Positions 10,399-23,583 of a stretch of DNA of 64,000 bases are shown one piece after another; the stretch's first letter is position 1, and every line of letters starts with the position of its first letter. The notes under the pieces are model-generated. The model saw only the letters and a list, made by a program, of their open reading frames with translations. It was not told where the DNA came from and searched no databases. This DNA comes from a candidate division WOR-3 bacterium (GTDB lineage Bacteria > Hydrothermota > 32-111): the NCBI GenBank assembly GCA_037481815.1, contig JBBFKX010000001.1:736001-800000 (forward strand), in the 5' to 3' direction. The position numbers and the translations under genes are program-made.

Positions 10399-10939
10399 TA
10401 AAATTTTGTTTTCATAAACAATTTTTTAATCCATTTATTCATATTCTCTTTTTTGTTTACATCTCTTTTTCTTTTGATAAAGATTTAAAGTTAGTTTTTA
10501 ATAATATGAAAGCATAATAATCCATACTCACATTAAGTAGAACTTTTCTTCTCTTTGCTTATTGAAATTGCTCTTGCTTTTTCTCATTGCAAACCATATC
10601 CTCTCTTAACTCTGAGAGTAGAAATTTCTTTATTGCCTATTTAAAGTTTTTCCTACTTTCCAAACTCTAATCAAAAAATAAACCGAACATCTTACTCTTT
10701 TTTAAAATAATTTTTCGGATTTTGACGAATAGATTATAAAATTTTAAAAGAAATGAAAAAAGACTGATTTTATATAACAAATAGAGGCATAAAATTTTTT
10801 ATAGATATAAAAAAGCCAGAACAATTGCAAAACTATTTATACAGGTATAACTTTAAAAAATCAAGTATTACAAAAACTCTCTTTTCACTTTAATTTAAAA
10901 GAATGGAATGTTGAAAAATTATCGAAAAAATAAAAATTG

Positions 10940-14510
<3,571 letters not shown>

Positions 14511-14516
14511 AGATTG

Positions 14517-14544
14517 AGTTTAAAGAAATATTTTTTTCTGTCAA
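14517..14544 (-). promoter_or_regulatory. Promoter for rnr-guaB, probably leaderless
   Basis: TTGACA-N16-TAAACT, ending 6 nt before ATG 14510; no SD. Confidence 0.5.
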
Positions 14545-14553
14545 TACAACTTT

Positions 14554-16293
14554 TTATTTTATTATTATGATTTTTTCTTTTATATCTTTACCATAATCAA
14601 CAAAGTATACTCCATCGTTCAGAAATGAAAGATCAACTTCTTTTGTATTTTCAAGATTTTTTTCAAAAACTTTTTTTCCTGTTTTATCGTAAATATCAAA
14701 GTGTTTTATAGAGTTGTCAAAAAAGAATACTTTATTTTTTATAAACAGAGGTTTTCTCGTTTCATATTTTAAAGTAAACTCTTTCACAACAACCTTATCA
14801 ATGAAAGTTAAACCTACTATTTTATAAGTATAATCTCCTTCAGAATCAAGTTTATCTGTAAATTTACCTGTCGGATTTTCAGATTCAAATATTGTTTTAT
14901 CATTTCGTATTATCTGTACACCAACAAAATCTGATGGTAGCACATAATCGAAAGAAACCTCTCTTTCCTCTATGTCAAAATCATAATTTATTTCAAACTC
15001 TTCTTTTTGAGTTGTTGTGGCACCATAAATAAAATTTGTCCATGTATAACATGCACCGTTGACCGATCCATTATATAGTGAAGATGCACCCCATCGATGT
15101 GTTGTGGCATCATATTCTGATTCAAAATAGTATATATTGTTATCATCAGGCATGTATATTCCAAGTCCATGAGAGTTTGAAAAACCGTTCTGCCAGTCCT
15201 CTGGATTCATTTTATCTATAATATTCATTACATTTACAGCATAACTTTTCACTCTTGTTCCTATTGTTCCATTAATATTCAAAAGATAACAAAAATGGTA
15301 AAGATCTTTAAAATCCTGATAAAAAGTTCCGGAAGACATTGGTTGTGCCCCATCAATACATGCCTGCACATCTGAAGCGCTTCTTCCCCCTTCATCAAGT
15401 ATAAGATATTTTGCAAGGTTGAATATCTGGCTTTTTAAATATAAAAGTTCACTTTCAGTAATTCCGTTGAAATACTCAGTATTGTTTATCACATTGTAAG
15501 TCAAAGTATTTTCCGTAGAAGAACCATAGTAGGTCTTATAATCGTTTACGATGAGATGTCCAAGCCACGCATGTGATGTTGGTGCACTTGTTGCAAGTGA
15601 TGTTATAAAAGAGTTATAATACCAACCGGCAAATGGTATGTTCGCCTCAGAATAAACAACCATATCTGCAAGATCATACATATCCCATAAAACTTCCATA
15701 TAAGCCATAACACACATATCACAACCGATAAAATAAAAATCTTTTCCAATTTGGTTTCTGGCACCTTCAAGTGCCTGTCTCCATTCACCAGCAGCACCAC
15801 TCATGAAATCTCCATCAGTATCATCAGAAACACCACCCTTAAATGGCATTTCCTGATCCTTTGCCCAACCGGCTCCATGGTTCCAGATGATAAGTCCATA
15901 ATTTGTTGCTTTGTAATTTTTCTCTGCCCAATCAACAAAATCTATCAGAGTTTGAGGGTCAGACATATTTTTTTCTCCCAAAACAACACTTGCAAGATCG
16001 TTTATCTTTCCATCGGTTCCACTTCCTCCACCTGATAGATGGTAATATCGCGTATCACTCCTTGTCCCACCATCATCTACATAGCCTCCATAAGAAGGAT
16101 GCCCATCCACACATATTACTATATCAAGATTAGATGTAAGGTTACCATACGCTGCCTCAATCTCATCTATATCATCATTTATAGCAGAGGAAAGATTGTT
16201 GTCCCCGCAAATGTAAATCATAAGTGTGAACTCTTTGCCATAAATGGATAACACAAAAATTATTCCAAAGATTAAAAAGAAAATTTTTTTCAT
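14554..16293 (-). CDS. Secreted clostripain-family (C11) cysteine peptidase with T9SS-like tail
   Basis: Start moved to ATG 16293 (SD AGGAGG, signal peptide). Motifs FTLMIYICGDNNL, WNHGAGW (His), GCDMCVMA (Cys); tail IYDKTGK..NDGVYFV..KIIIIK. Confidence 0.88.
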   Translation of the reverse strand: MKKIFFLIFGIIFVLSIYGKEFTLMIYICGDNNLSSAINDDIDEIEAAYGNLTSNLDIVICVDGHPSYGGYVDDGGTRSDTRYYHLSGGGSGTDGKINDLASVVLGEKNMSDPQTLIDFVDWAEKNYKATNYGLIIWNHGAGWAKDQEMPFKGGVSDDTDGDFMSGAAGEWRQALEGARNQIGKDFYFIGCDMCVMAYMEVLWDMYDLADMVVYSEANIPFAGWYYNSFITSLATSAPTSHAWLGHLIVNDYKTYYGSSTENTLTYNVINNTEYFNGITESELLYLKSQIFNLAKYLILDEGGRSASDVQACIDGAQPMSSGTFYQDFKDLYHFCYLLNINGTIGTRVKSYAVNVMNIIDKMNPEDWQNGFSNSHGLGIYMPDDNNIYYFESEYDATTHRWGASSLYNGSVNGACYTWTNFIYGATTTQKEEFEINYDFDIEEREVSFDYVLPSDFVGVQIIRNDKTIFESENPTGKFTDKLDSEGDYTYKIVGLTFIDKVVVKEFTLKYETRKPLFIKNKVFFFDNSIKHFDIYDKTGKKVFEKNLENTKEVDLSFLNDGVYFVDYGKDIKEKIIIIK

Positions 16294-16347
16294 AAACCCT
16301 CCTAATCTTTCTTTTATTAATAACATAATTTCAAACAACATTCAATA

Positions 16348-16968
16348 TTAAAAATATTCCTGAGGATTATTTTTCAAATAATGGTTAATGTTGAGATTCT
16401 TTAACATAAAATTTCCATTTTTACATTCAAAAATCGTAGTTGATGCTGGATCAAAATGTATCTTCCAGAAATAGGGTTTTGGTATTCCCAAAATACCAGC
16501 AACAAGTGGCTTTAAAACTGCTCTATGTGTAACTATCAAAATATTACCTCTTGAATTTTCAACGATTTCTTTCGTCCTTTTTAAACTCCTTTGCATAACA
16601 TCATCAAGTTTTTCCATTCCATCAACCTCAAGATATTCTGGAGTTTTTTTCCATATTTCCCATTCTTTTGGAAAATTCTTTTCAACATACTCTTTTGTCA
16701 GATCCTCCCATGGACCTAAACTTATATTGTTGAAACTTTCATCCTTTTCGATTTCGATCCCTTTAAAATCAGCGATCGGCTGTGCTGTTTGAATAGATCT
16801 TTTAAGTGGACTTGAGATGATTCTTTCAAATTCAAAAACTTTTAAAAATTCTTTAAGTTCGTTTGCCTGTATTTCACCTATTTCAGTTAAAGGGAAATCT
16901 ACTCTTCCTCTGAATTTGTTATCCCTATTACCCTCACTTTCACCATGTCTTACAAGATAGATCAACAT
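16348..16968 (-). CDS. Histidine phosphatase (phosphoglycerate mutase family)
   Basis: LVRHGES, SSPLKRS.QTA, IVTHRAV. Confidence 0.9.
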   Translation of the reverse strand: MLIYLVRHGESEGNRDNKFRGRVDFPLTEIGEIQANELKEFLKVFEFERIISSPLKRSIQTAQPIADFKGIEIEKDESFNNISLGPWEDLTKEYVEKNFPKEWEIWKKTPEYLEVDGMEKLDDVMQRSLKRTKEIVENSRGNILIVTHRAVLKPLVAGILGIPKPYFWKIHFDPASTTIFECKNGNFMLKNLNINHYLKNNPQEYF

Positions 16969-16969
16969 T

Positions 16970-19147
16970 TTAAACTCCTATAAGTTCGTTAAAATCCAAA
17001 ATTTTGGGTTGGACAAAAAATTCGGAAACAACTCTTTTACCATATTTTTTTGTAATAACTCTTTCATCTAATATGTAAATTTCTCCACTATCATCCTTAC
17101 TTCTTATCAACCTTCCCATTCCCTGTTTCAATTTTAAAATAGCGTAAGGCAAAGAATAATCAAAAAATGGATCAAGACCTCTGTTTTTTAAATTTTCACT
17201 CTTTTTGATAAAAACAGGATCATCTGGTACAAGAAAAGGAAGTTTAACAATAACAAGTATTTCAAGAAGATCCCCGGGAAGATCAACACCTTCCCAGAAA
17301 GTATTCGTTCCAACAAGTATTGAGTTTTTTTTACTTTTGTATTCAAGAAGTATCTTTTCATTGTTTCCTTCTTTAATCTGAAAAATAAATTTTGGATCTT
17401 TTAAATTCTCTTTCAAATAATCGATCTGCTGATAAGATGTTGTTAGAACAAGTGTTCTTTTTCTTTTTTCCTCCAGTTTTTTTATAACGGTTACAACATT
17501 TTCCATAAATTGTTCAGAGTTTGGATCTCCAATATTTTTAAAGCAAAAAATTTCCATCTGTTTTTCGTAATCAAAAGATGAAACAAAAACTTCTTCTTTA
17601 TACTTTCTTTTGGATAACCCAACACCCACCCTCTCTTTAAAAAATTCAAAATCGTTTGATGTTTTAAGTGTTGCGGATGTAAAAACTATCGAACTTTTGT
17701 CTTTTTTTCTTAAAAAATTCGAGAACTGTTCTCCTGTGTTCACAAGCATCGCATAAAGCACAAGATTTTTTGTTCTTGTATTCATTTCATAGTAAAACGC
17801 ATAATCTGAGTTGTTCGCCTCGGTTATAACTATAAAAGATTCATAGATTTTTTTAGATTCTTCAACCAGATATTTAATATTCTGTTTGATTTCAAGATTT
17901 TTGAATTTTGAATCTTTTAAAATCTTCGTTGTTTTTTCACCATTTTCTCTGATCGAATAAAGTAACTGTTTGGTTTTTAGAACATGGGTTTTTATGTTTT
18001 CAAAAATTTTAGAATCGTATATATCTTTTTCTTTTTCTTCCTGCAGAACTTTCTCTAAAATATTTTCGTACATTATCTCAAAATTTTCATAAAGTGTGGT
18101 CAGGTATGAAAGAATCTCCGTGAAAAAATTGTAACAATCAAAGGATAAAGATGACTCCTCTATCGTTTTTAAATGATCTTTTATCTTTTTTACAAAATAT
18201 TTCAGAATTTTGAAAATTTCAAAAAAATCCAAAGAATAAGAGTAAACATCGGAAATAACATTTTCAAGGTTGTGTGCTTCATCAAAAACTATCATATCAA
18301 AATCACCGAGAATACTTTTTGGCAAAGTTTCATCTATTAAACATAGATAATGGTTCGTCACAACGATCTGACTCGATAAAACTTTTTCCTTCAATTTTAG
18401 ATAGAAACAAATATTCGAAAATGGACATTCATTATCCTGACAGTAACCACTATCGCATGTTATATCATCATATGTGATGCCTTTTATGAATTTTAAAGTA
18501 TTTACATCTCCAGTATTTGAAATCTGGATAAAACCTTCTGTTGCCAACTTCATCAAAGGGTGAAAGTTTTCCATATTTTCATAATATTTTGAAAAACAAA
18601 AATAGTTTGATATACCTTTGATGTTTATCACTGAAAAACTTTTTTTTGCATTGTAGGATGCAAGTTTTATATCTTTTACAAAGATCTGTTCCTGTAAACT
18701 TTTTGTGTTCGTTGATATCAGAAACCTTTTTTGATCAATATTTTCCATCATCGGCAAAAGGTAAGCCAGAGTTTTTCCGATACCCGGAGGAGCTTCAGCA
18801 ACGAGTATTGTGTTATCTTTTAAAATATTTTCAACATTCTCTCTGAAAAGTTTTTGACCGTCCCTTTCTTCAAGTTGTGGTCTTTTTTTAGAAGGATGAA
18901 CAACTTTAAATGATTCCTCTTTTAATCTGAATTTTTTTTCTTCAACATTCTCTTCTTTTAAAAGTAAAAGCAACTCTAAAAATGGACCTGAATCATAAGA
19001 AAGGATAAAGGAATTTATCAAAGAAGTACTGTACGAAAAAACTCTTTCCCTGAACTCTTTAAATGTAAAATTACCCACCTTATCAAATAGTACTGAATTT
19101 TTTTCCTCATCGGAAATCAGTGAAAAAAGTTTTTCTATTCTATCCAA
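16970..19147 (-). CDS. dinG: DinG/YoaA-family ATP-dependent helicase
   Basis: EAPPGIGKT, Fe-S cysteine cluster, FDEAHNL, SATL, FWEGVDLPG, QGMGRLIRS. Confidence 0.88.
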   Translation of the reverse strand: MDRIEKLFSLISDEEKNSVLFDKVGNFTFKEFRERVFSYSTSLINSFILSYDSGPFLELLLLLKEENVEEKKFRLKEESFKVVHPSKKRPQLEERDGQKLFRENVENILKDNTILVAEAPPGIGKTLAYLLPMMENIDQKRFLISTNTKSLQEQIFVKDIKLASYNAKKSFSVINIKGISNYFCFSKYYENMENFHPLMKLATEGFIQISNTGDVNTLKFIKGITYDDITCDSGYCQDNECPFSNICFYLKLKEKVLSSQIVVTNHYLCLIDETLPKSILGDFDMIVFDEAHNLENVISDVYSYSLDFFEIFKILKYFVKKIKDHLKTIEESSLSFDCYNFFTEILSYLTTLYENFEIMYENILEKVLQEEKEKDIYDSKIFENIKTHVLKTKQLLYSIRENGEKTTKILKDSKFKNLEIKQNIKYLVEESKKIYESFIVITEANNSDYAFYYEMNTRTKNLVLYAMLVNTGEQFSNFLRKKDKSSIVFTSATLKTSNDFEFFKERVGVGLSKRKYKEEVFVSSFDYEKQMEIFCFKNIGDPNSEQFMENVVTVIKKLEEKRKRTLVLTTSYQQIDYLKENLKDPKFIFQIKEGNNEKILLEYKSKKNSILVGTNTFWEGVDLPGDLLEILVIVKLPFLVPDDPVFIKKSENLKNRGLDPFFDYSLPYAILKLKQGMGRLIRSKDDSGEIYILDERVITKKYGKRVVSEFFVQPKILDFNELIGV

Positions 19148-20825
19148 CTGTTGCCTGTATCACCTCTTCGAGAGTGGTTATTCCAGCTTTGACTTTTATC
19201 AAACCATCCTCTCTTAACATTATAACACCCTCTTTTCTTGCCTGCATCCTTATCTGATCAACAGGTGCTTCTTTAACTATCATTTCTGAAATCGTTGGAG
19301 TTATCGGAAGGACTTCAAAAATTCCAACTCTTCCTTTATATCCTGTAAATCCACATACAGGGCATCCTTTTCCCATCATAAACTTTCCACCTCTCATATA
19401 CTCAGGATTTATACCATATCTGATAAACTCTTCATCAGGGATATCTATCTGAACAGCACAATTTTTACATACTCTTCTGATCAACCTCTGTGCCTCTATC
19501 AGAATAACAGCAGAAGCGACTTTATAAGGTTCTATTCCCATATCCTCCATTCTTGCGATCGTTGCAACAGTATCGTTTGTATGTAATGTTGAAAGAACGA
19601 GATGTCCTGTTAAAGCTGCTTTTATTGCGATATCTCCAGTTTCAAGATCCCTTATCTCTCCTACCATTATTATATCTGGATCCTGTCTTAAAAATGCTTT
19701 AAGCGCTGTTGCAAAAGTGTATCCAATATTTTCTCTTACATTAACCTGATTTATTCCTACAAAATCATACTCTATAGGATCCTCTGCTGTTGTTATGTTT
19801 ACATTTGGGGTATTCAACCTTGCAAGGATCGAGTAAAGTGTTACAGTTTTTCCTGAACCTGTTGGTCCTGTTACAAGTATTATTCCGTTTGGTCTTGATA
19901 TCGCTTCGATAAAATCGTTATATGCCTTTTTTGAAAGTCCAATATCTTCAAGTTTCATCAAAGATGATTTTTCCGCTATTCTCATACAGATCTTTTCTCC
20001 ATGTGCAGTTGGAAGTGTTGACACTCTTAGATCTATCGATTTATCTCCAATTTTCATTCCAATTCTTCCATCCTGTGGAATCCTTCTTTCAGAAATGTTA
20101 AGCCCTGCCATTATCTTCAACCTTGAAACAATCGCAGGACCAAGAGTGTACTGTGGACTCATAACCTCTTTCAACTCACCATCAACTCTGTAACGAACCC
20201 TCAATATCTTATCGAATGGTTCAATATGTATATCTGAAGCACCCTGTTTAACGGCTTCTATAATAATTCCATTAACAAGTTTTACAACAGGTGCAGCATC
20301 AACATCAATCAAAAGTTGTTGTGCATCGGGTTGCTTTTCCTCTTCAAGAATTTCTATTTCCTCTTCCATCCCGATTTCCGAAAGAACCTCAGCCATCGAA
20401 CCAGCAACTCCATAATATTTCTCAATCGCTTTTGATATCATATTCTCACTTGCAACAAGTGGTATAACATTATAACCGGTTGCAAATTTTATATCCTCTA
20501 TTGTATAAACATCAACAGGATTCGCCATCGCAAGAAAAAGATTTTTCCCTTCCCTTTTTACTGGAATCACCTGAAACTTTTGTGCTATTTGTGGAGAAAC
20601 TATTTTCAAAACGATAGGATCTATTTCCTCTTTGAACTCAAACACACCAACATTGTATTGTTTACCCAACGCTTTTGAAATCTGTTCATCTGTAACAAAA
20701 CCCATCTGGACAAGAATACTCCCTAATCTTCCTCCGTTCTCTTTCTGTTGGGAGAGTGCCTGATTCAACTGTTCTTTTGTGATAAGCCCCTCATCTATAA
20801 GAAGATCTCCTAACCTTTTCCACAT
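19140..20825 (-). CDS. pilB: Type IV pilus / T2SS assembly ATPase with N-terminal MshEN domain
   Basis: Tandem RLGxxL..G MshEN repeats, GPTGSGKT, EDPIEY, LRQDPDIIMVGEIRD, tetracysteine zinc motif. Confidence 0.9.
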   Translation of the reverse strand: MWKRLGDLLIDEGLITKEQLNQALSQQKENGGRLGSILVQMGFVTDEQISKALGKQYNVGVFEFKEEIDPIVLKIVSPQIAQKFQVIPVKREGKNLFLAMANPVDVYTIEDIKFATGYNVIPLVASENMISKAIEKYYGVAGSMAEVLSEIGMEEEIEILEEEKQPDAQQLLIDVDAAPVVKLVNGIIIEAVKQGASDIHIEPFDKILRVRYRVDGELKEVMSPQYTLGPAIVSRLKIMAGLNISERRIPQDGRIGMKIGDKSIDLRVSTLPTAHGEKICMRIAEKSSLMKLEDIGLSKKAYNDFIEAISRPNGIILVTGPTGSGKTVTLYSILARLNTPNVNITTAEDPIEYDFVGINQVNVRENIGYTFATALKAFLRQDPDIIMVGEIRDLETGDIAIKAALTGHLVLSTLHTNDTVATIARMEDMGIEPYKVASAVILIEAQRLIRRVCKNCAVQIDIPDEEFIRYGINPEYMRGGKFMMGKGCPVCGFTGYKGRVGIFEVLPITPTISEMIVKEAPVDQIRMQARKEGVIMLREDGLIKVKAGITTLEEVIQATVG

Positions 20826-20849
20826 AGAATTTCCCCCTTTAAAAGATAT

Positions 20850-20877
20850 ATTTTACAAAAAAAAATACCAAGGTCAA
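20850..20877 (-). promoter_or_regulatory. Promoter for pilB
   Basis: TTGACC-N16-TAAAAT; SD AAGGGGG downstream. Confidence 0.5.
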
Positions 20878-20886
20878 CAAAAAGTT

Positions 20887-21444
20887 TTAATCTTTTGAAA
20901 ATTTACCAACAATCTCACCATAAGAGATTATATGATTTGCAACAAATTTGAATATTTTTTCCTCTGTTAAAGTTGAGTCCTGTGGAAGGAATGTGTCAAG
21001 TGCAAAAACTTTGAAAAAATATCTGTGAGTTCCAAAGGGAGGATGAGGACCAAAGTAGGAATATTCATTCAACGAGTTCAACCCCTGTAAAATACCATTT
21101 TCCAAACGAAACGAGTTTTTTGAAAATCCTTCGGGAATAAAGGAATCTGAAGGCGAAATGTTAAAAACTATCCAATGTATGAATTTTCCAACCGGTGCAT
21201 CAGGATCTTCCATGATCAAAAGTAAAGATTTGGCTTTTTGTGGAACATTTTTGATCTCTATCGGCGGAGAAATATTTTCTCCTTTATATGAAAACTTTTT
21301 TGGTATAAAAGAATAGTTTTCAAAACATGAAATGACTTTTAAACTATCTACTCCATTCTCTTTTACTTTGAGTTCGGTTTTCGATTCACAATTGATTAAC
21401 AAAAGAGATATTAATATAAAAGATAAAAATAATTTTTTATTCAT
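20887..21444 (-). CDS. YbhB/YbcL (PEBP/Raf kinase inhibitor-like) protein, probable lipoprotein
   Basis: GENISPP, DPDAP..FIHW, GPHPPFGTHRYFF; lipobox-like LLINC. Confidence 0.9.
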   Translation of the reverse strand: MNKKLFLSFILISLLLINCESKTELKVKENGVDSLKVISCFENYSFIPKKFSYKGENISPPIEIKNVPQKAKSLLLIMEDPDAPVGKFIHWIVFNISPSDSFIPEGFSKNSFRLENGILQGLNSLNEYSYFGPHPPFGTHRYFFKVFALDTFLPQDSTLTEEKIFKFVANHIISYGEIVGKFSKD

Positions 21445-21490
21445 AAATTAGATTTTAGAACGTTTTTAAAAATTTTTCAACTCTTATTTA

Positions 21491-21518
21491 TTGACTGTAA
21501 ATATTTTGACTATATAAT
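21491..21518 (+). promoter_or_regulatory. Promoter for polysaccharide operon
   Basis: TTGACT-N16-TATAAT; SD AAGGAG before ATG 21543. Confidence 0.6.
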
Positions 21519-21542
21519 AATTTTTTTATATAAGGAGAAACT

Positions 21543-22424
21543 ATGAGAGCAGTTTTGCTATTTTTTATATTCATTACCACAATTATGACCTTTCCTTCTG
21601 TACCTTCAACAGAAAATTATCTTTTTGGTATCGGTGATTCTGTTGAAGTTTACGTTGTTGATAAAAAAGGAGTAAACTCTTTTACTTTTACATCAACAAC
21701 TCTTGATGATGGTTCTTTCATTCTTATGGTTCCATCAACAACAAAAAGCGGTCTCTTTGATTTAAAAACACAAACATACTTTACAAATTGGAAAGTGGTT
21801 AACTATAAAAATTTAACAAGAAGAGAGTTTGAGGACTCAATCTATAGAACCTACAAAAGAGAATTCCTTGTTGATACGGTTGTTTTGAATGTAAAATATT
21901 ACGGTTCTCATACTTATATAAACATATCGACAACACTCGACTCAACAAGATTTGTCAACTTTGAATGGGGCAAAAATTTTCTGTACTATATTTCTCATGT
22001 TCAAACACATTTTTTAATAACTCTTGATTCAAATTTAACGATATATACGATAAGAAACGGGAAAAATAATCTTGAAAAAGTTTCCCCATTTGACACAGTT
22101 TACCCCGGGGATAGGATATATTTAAAACCACAAACTGTATCCGTTGTTGGTCAGGTTGTGACTGGTGGTTTGTATCCATACTCACCTGATTTCTCAATTA
22201 ACGATTACATATCACTTGCTGGTGGACCATCAATAGAGGGAGATTTAAAAAATGTAAAACATTTTGATAAAAACGGAAAAAGGAAAAATGGCAAAGTTGA
22301 ACCTGACGATATGATCGTTGTTGGAAAATCTTTAGCGACAAATATTAAAGATATGACATACTTTGTTTCTGTGATAATGAACTCAATAATGATTTATGTT
22401 TACATATCGAACATTCTTAAATGA
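21543..22424 (+). CDS. Polysaccharide export protein (Wza-like, SLBB domain)
   Basis: Signal peptide; YLFGIGD, VSVVGQV..GLYPY..DYISLAGG SLBB motif. Confidence 0.75.
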   Translation: MRAVLLFFIFITTIMTFPSVPSTENYLFGIGDSVEVYVVDKKGVNSFTFTSTTLDDGSFILMVPSTTKSGLFDLKTQTYFTNWKVVNYKNLTRREFEDSIYRTYKREFLVDTVVLNVKYYGSHTYINISTTLDSTRFVNFEWGKNFLYYISHVQTHFLITLDSNLTIYTIRNGKNNLEKVSPFDTVYPGDRIYLKPQTVSVVGQVVTGGLYPYSPDFSINDYISLAGGPSIEGDLKNVKHFDKNGKRKNGKVEPDDMIVVGKSLATNIKDMTYFVSVIMNSIMIYVYISNILK

Positions 22425-22434
22425 TGGAGGAGTA

Positions 22435-23583
22435 ATGAAGGATACGATCAAATTCATTATATATATCATCAACTATCGAAAATTTATACTCATTTCTCTT
22501 TTGATAACAGTTCTTCTTTCTTCTATAATAGCATTCGTTATTCCACAACAGTTCACTTCGTCAGTTTCTCTGACACCACCTGCTGGTAGCAGTCAATCGT
22601 TGCTTTCATCTCTAACATCGATTTCTAAAATGGCTGGTAGTTTTTTTGATATTGGAGGATTCTCAGCACAAACTGTTGATCTTTATATAGATATATTAAG
22701 AAGTAATTCGGTTGTTGACTCTCTGATTCTTAAATATGATCTTCAAAAAAGATATCATCTAAAAACCCTTGAACATACAAGATTAAAAGTAAAAAGGATC
22801 ACAAAATTTGATATTGGTGCTTCAGAGATGCTTACGATCTCTTTCACTGACAGAGACCCACAGTTTGCGAAAGATGTGTGTAACGATTATATTTATTATC
22901 TTAAAAAACAGATTAACTTGATAAACATACAAAAACAGCAAGAGAATCTAAAACTTTATGAGGATCTCTATCAAAAACAGATTCTCATAGTTGAAGAACT
23001 TTCGAACAGATTGAACGAATGGCTAAAAAGAAACAGATCCCTTGGAGTTGAATTTTCAGTCCAGCAGAAAACCCCATCGATGGTTTCCCTATACGATGAA
23101 CTGATAAAAGAAAAATCAGAGTTTTACAAGATGAAATATTCTTTACCAGACACATCTATGGCGTTAAAAAATAAAATGTTAAAAATTAAAGAACTTGAAA
23201 AATCAGTTGACTCGATATCATATTCCATATACGAAAAACCAGAAGAAGTTGTGAAATACACCGAGTTGAAGATTGACATGGAAGTAGCGTTGAGAATAAA
23301 AAACGAACTTTTAGGGCAACTGAACCTTATAAAAAGTAATCTCGAAAAACCAACTGACAATGTTTTTTTTGTAGATATGGCTACTGTTCCAACATTGAAA
23401 AGTTTCCCTCCAAGAAAGGAGATAGTTATTATTTCGTTTCTTCTTATTTTTGTGCTTGAAATATTATTTCTGGGAATAAAATATTATCTTGAAACCAATC
23501 TTGAAGATAAAGAAAGAAAAGAATTTTATAAATATTTAAAATTGGTTTTTTATGATCCATTCCAGAAAAGAAAAGATATTTGA
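22435..23583 (+). CDS. Wzz/Wzc-type polysaccharide chain-length determinant (co-polymerase)
   Basis: Two TM helices flanking a coiled coil; DILRSNSV, ATVPTLKSFPPRK. Start moved to ATG 22435 after SD GGAGG. Confidence 0.8.
   Translation: MKDTIKFIIYIINYRKFILISLLITVLLSSIIAFVIPQQFTSSVSLTPPAGSSQSLLSSLTSISKMAGSFFDIGGFSAQTVDLYIDILRSNSVVDSLILKYDLQKRYHLKTLEHTRLKVKRITKFDIGASEMLTISFTDRDPQFAKDVCNDYIYYLKKQINLINIQKQQENLKLYEDLYQKQILIVEELSNRLNEWLKRNRSLGVEFSVQQKTPSMVSLYDELIKEKSEFYKMKYSLPDTSMALKNKMLKIKELEKSVDSISYSIYEKPEEVVKYTELKIDMEVALRIKNELLGQLNLIKSNLEKPTDNVFFVDMATVPTLKSFPPRKEIVIISFLLIFVLEILFLGIKYYLETNLEDKERKEFYKYLKLVFYDPFQKRKDI

Noticed and set aside
10400..10939. ~540-bp AT-rich gap: possible transposase remnant, pseudogene or ncRNA
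   Set aside because: Only short, stop-interrupted frames. No terminal inverted repeats, tRNA fold or recognisable motif.
16294..16341. ORF-track N-terminal extensions (clostripain 16341, Wzz 22396, GT2 37742, YfhO 40964 and others)
   Set aside because: Downstream ATGs have better SD spacing or restore the signal peptide or family N-terminus.
16970..19147. DinG as a type IV CRISPR CasDinG or defence helicase
   Set aside because: No csf/cas genes or array; housekeeping context.
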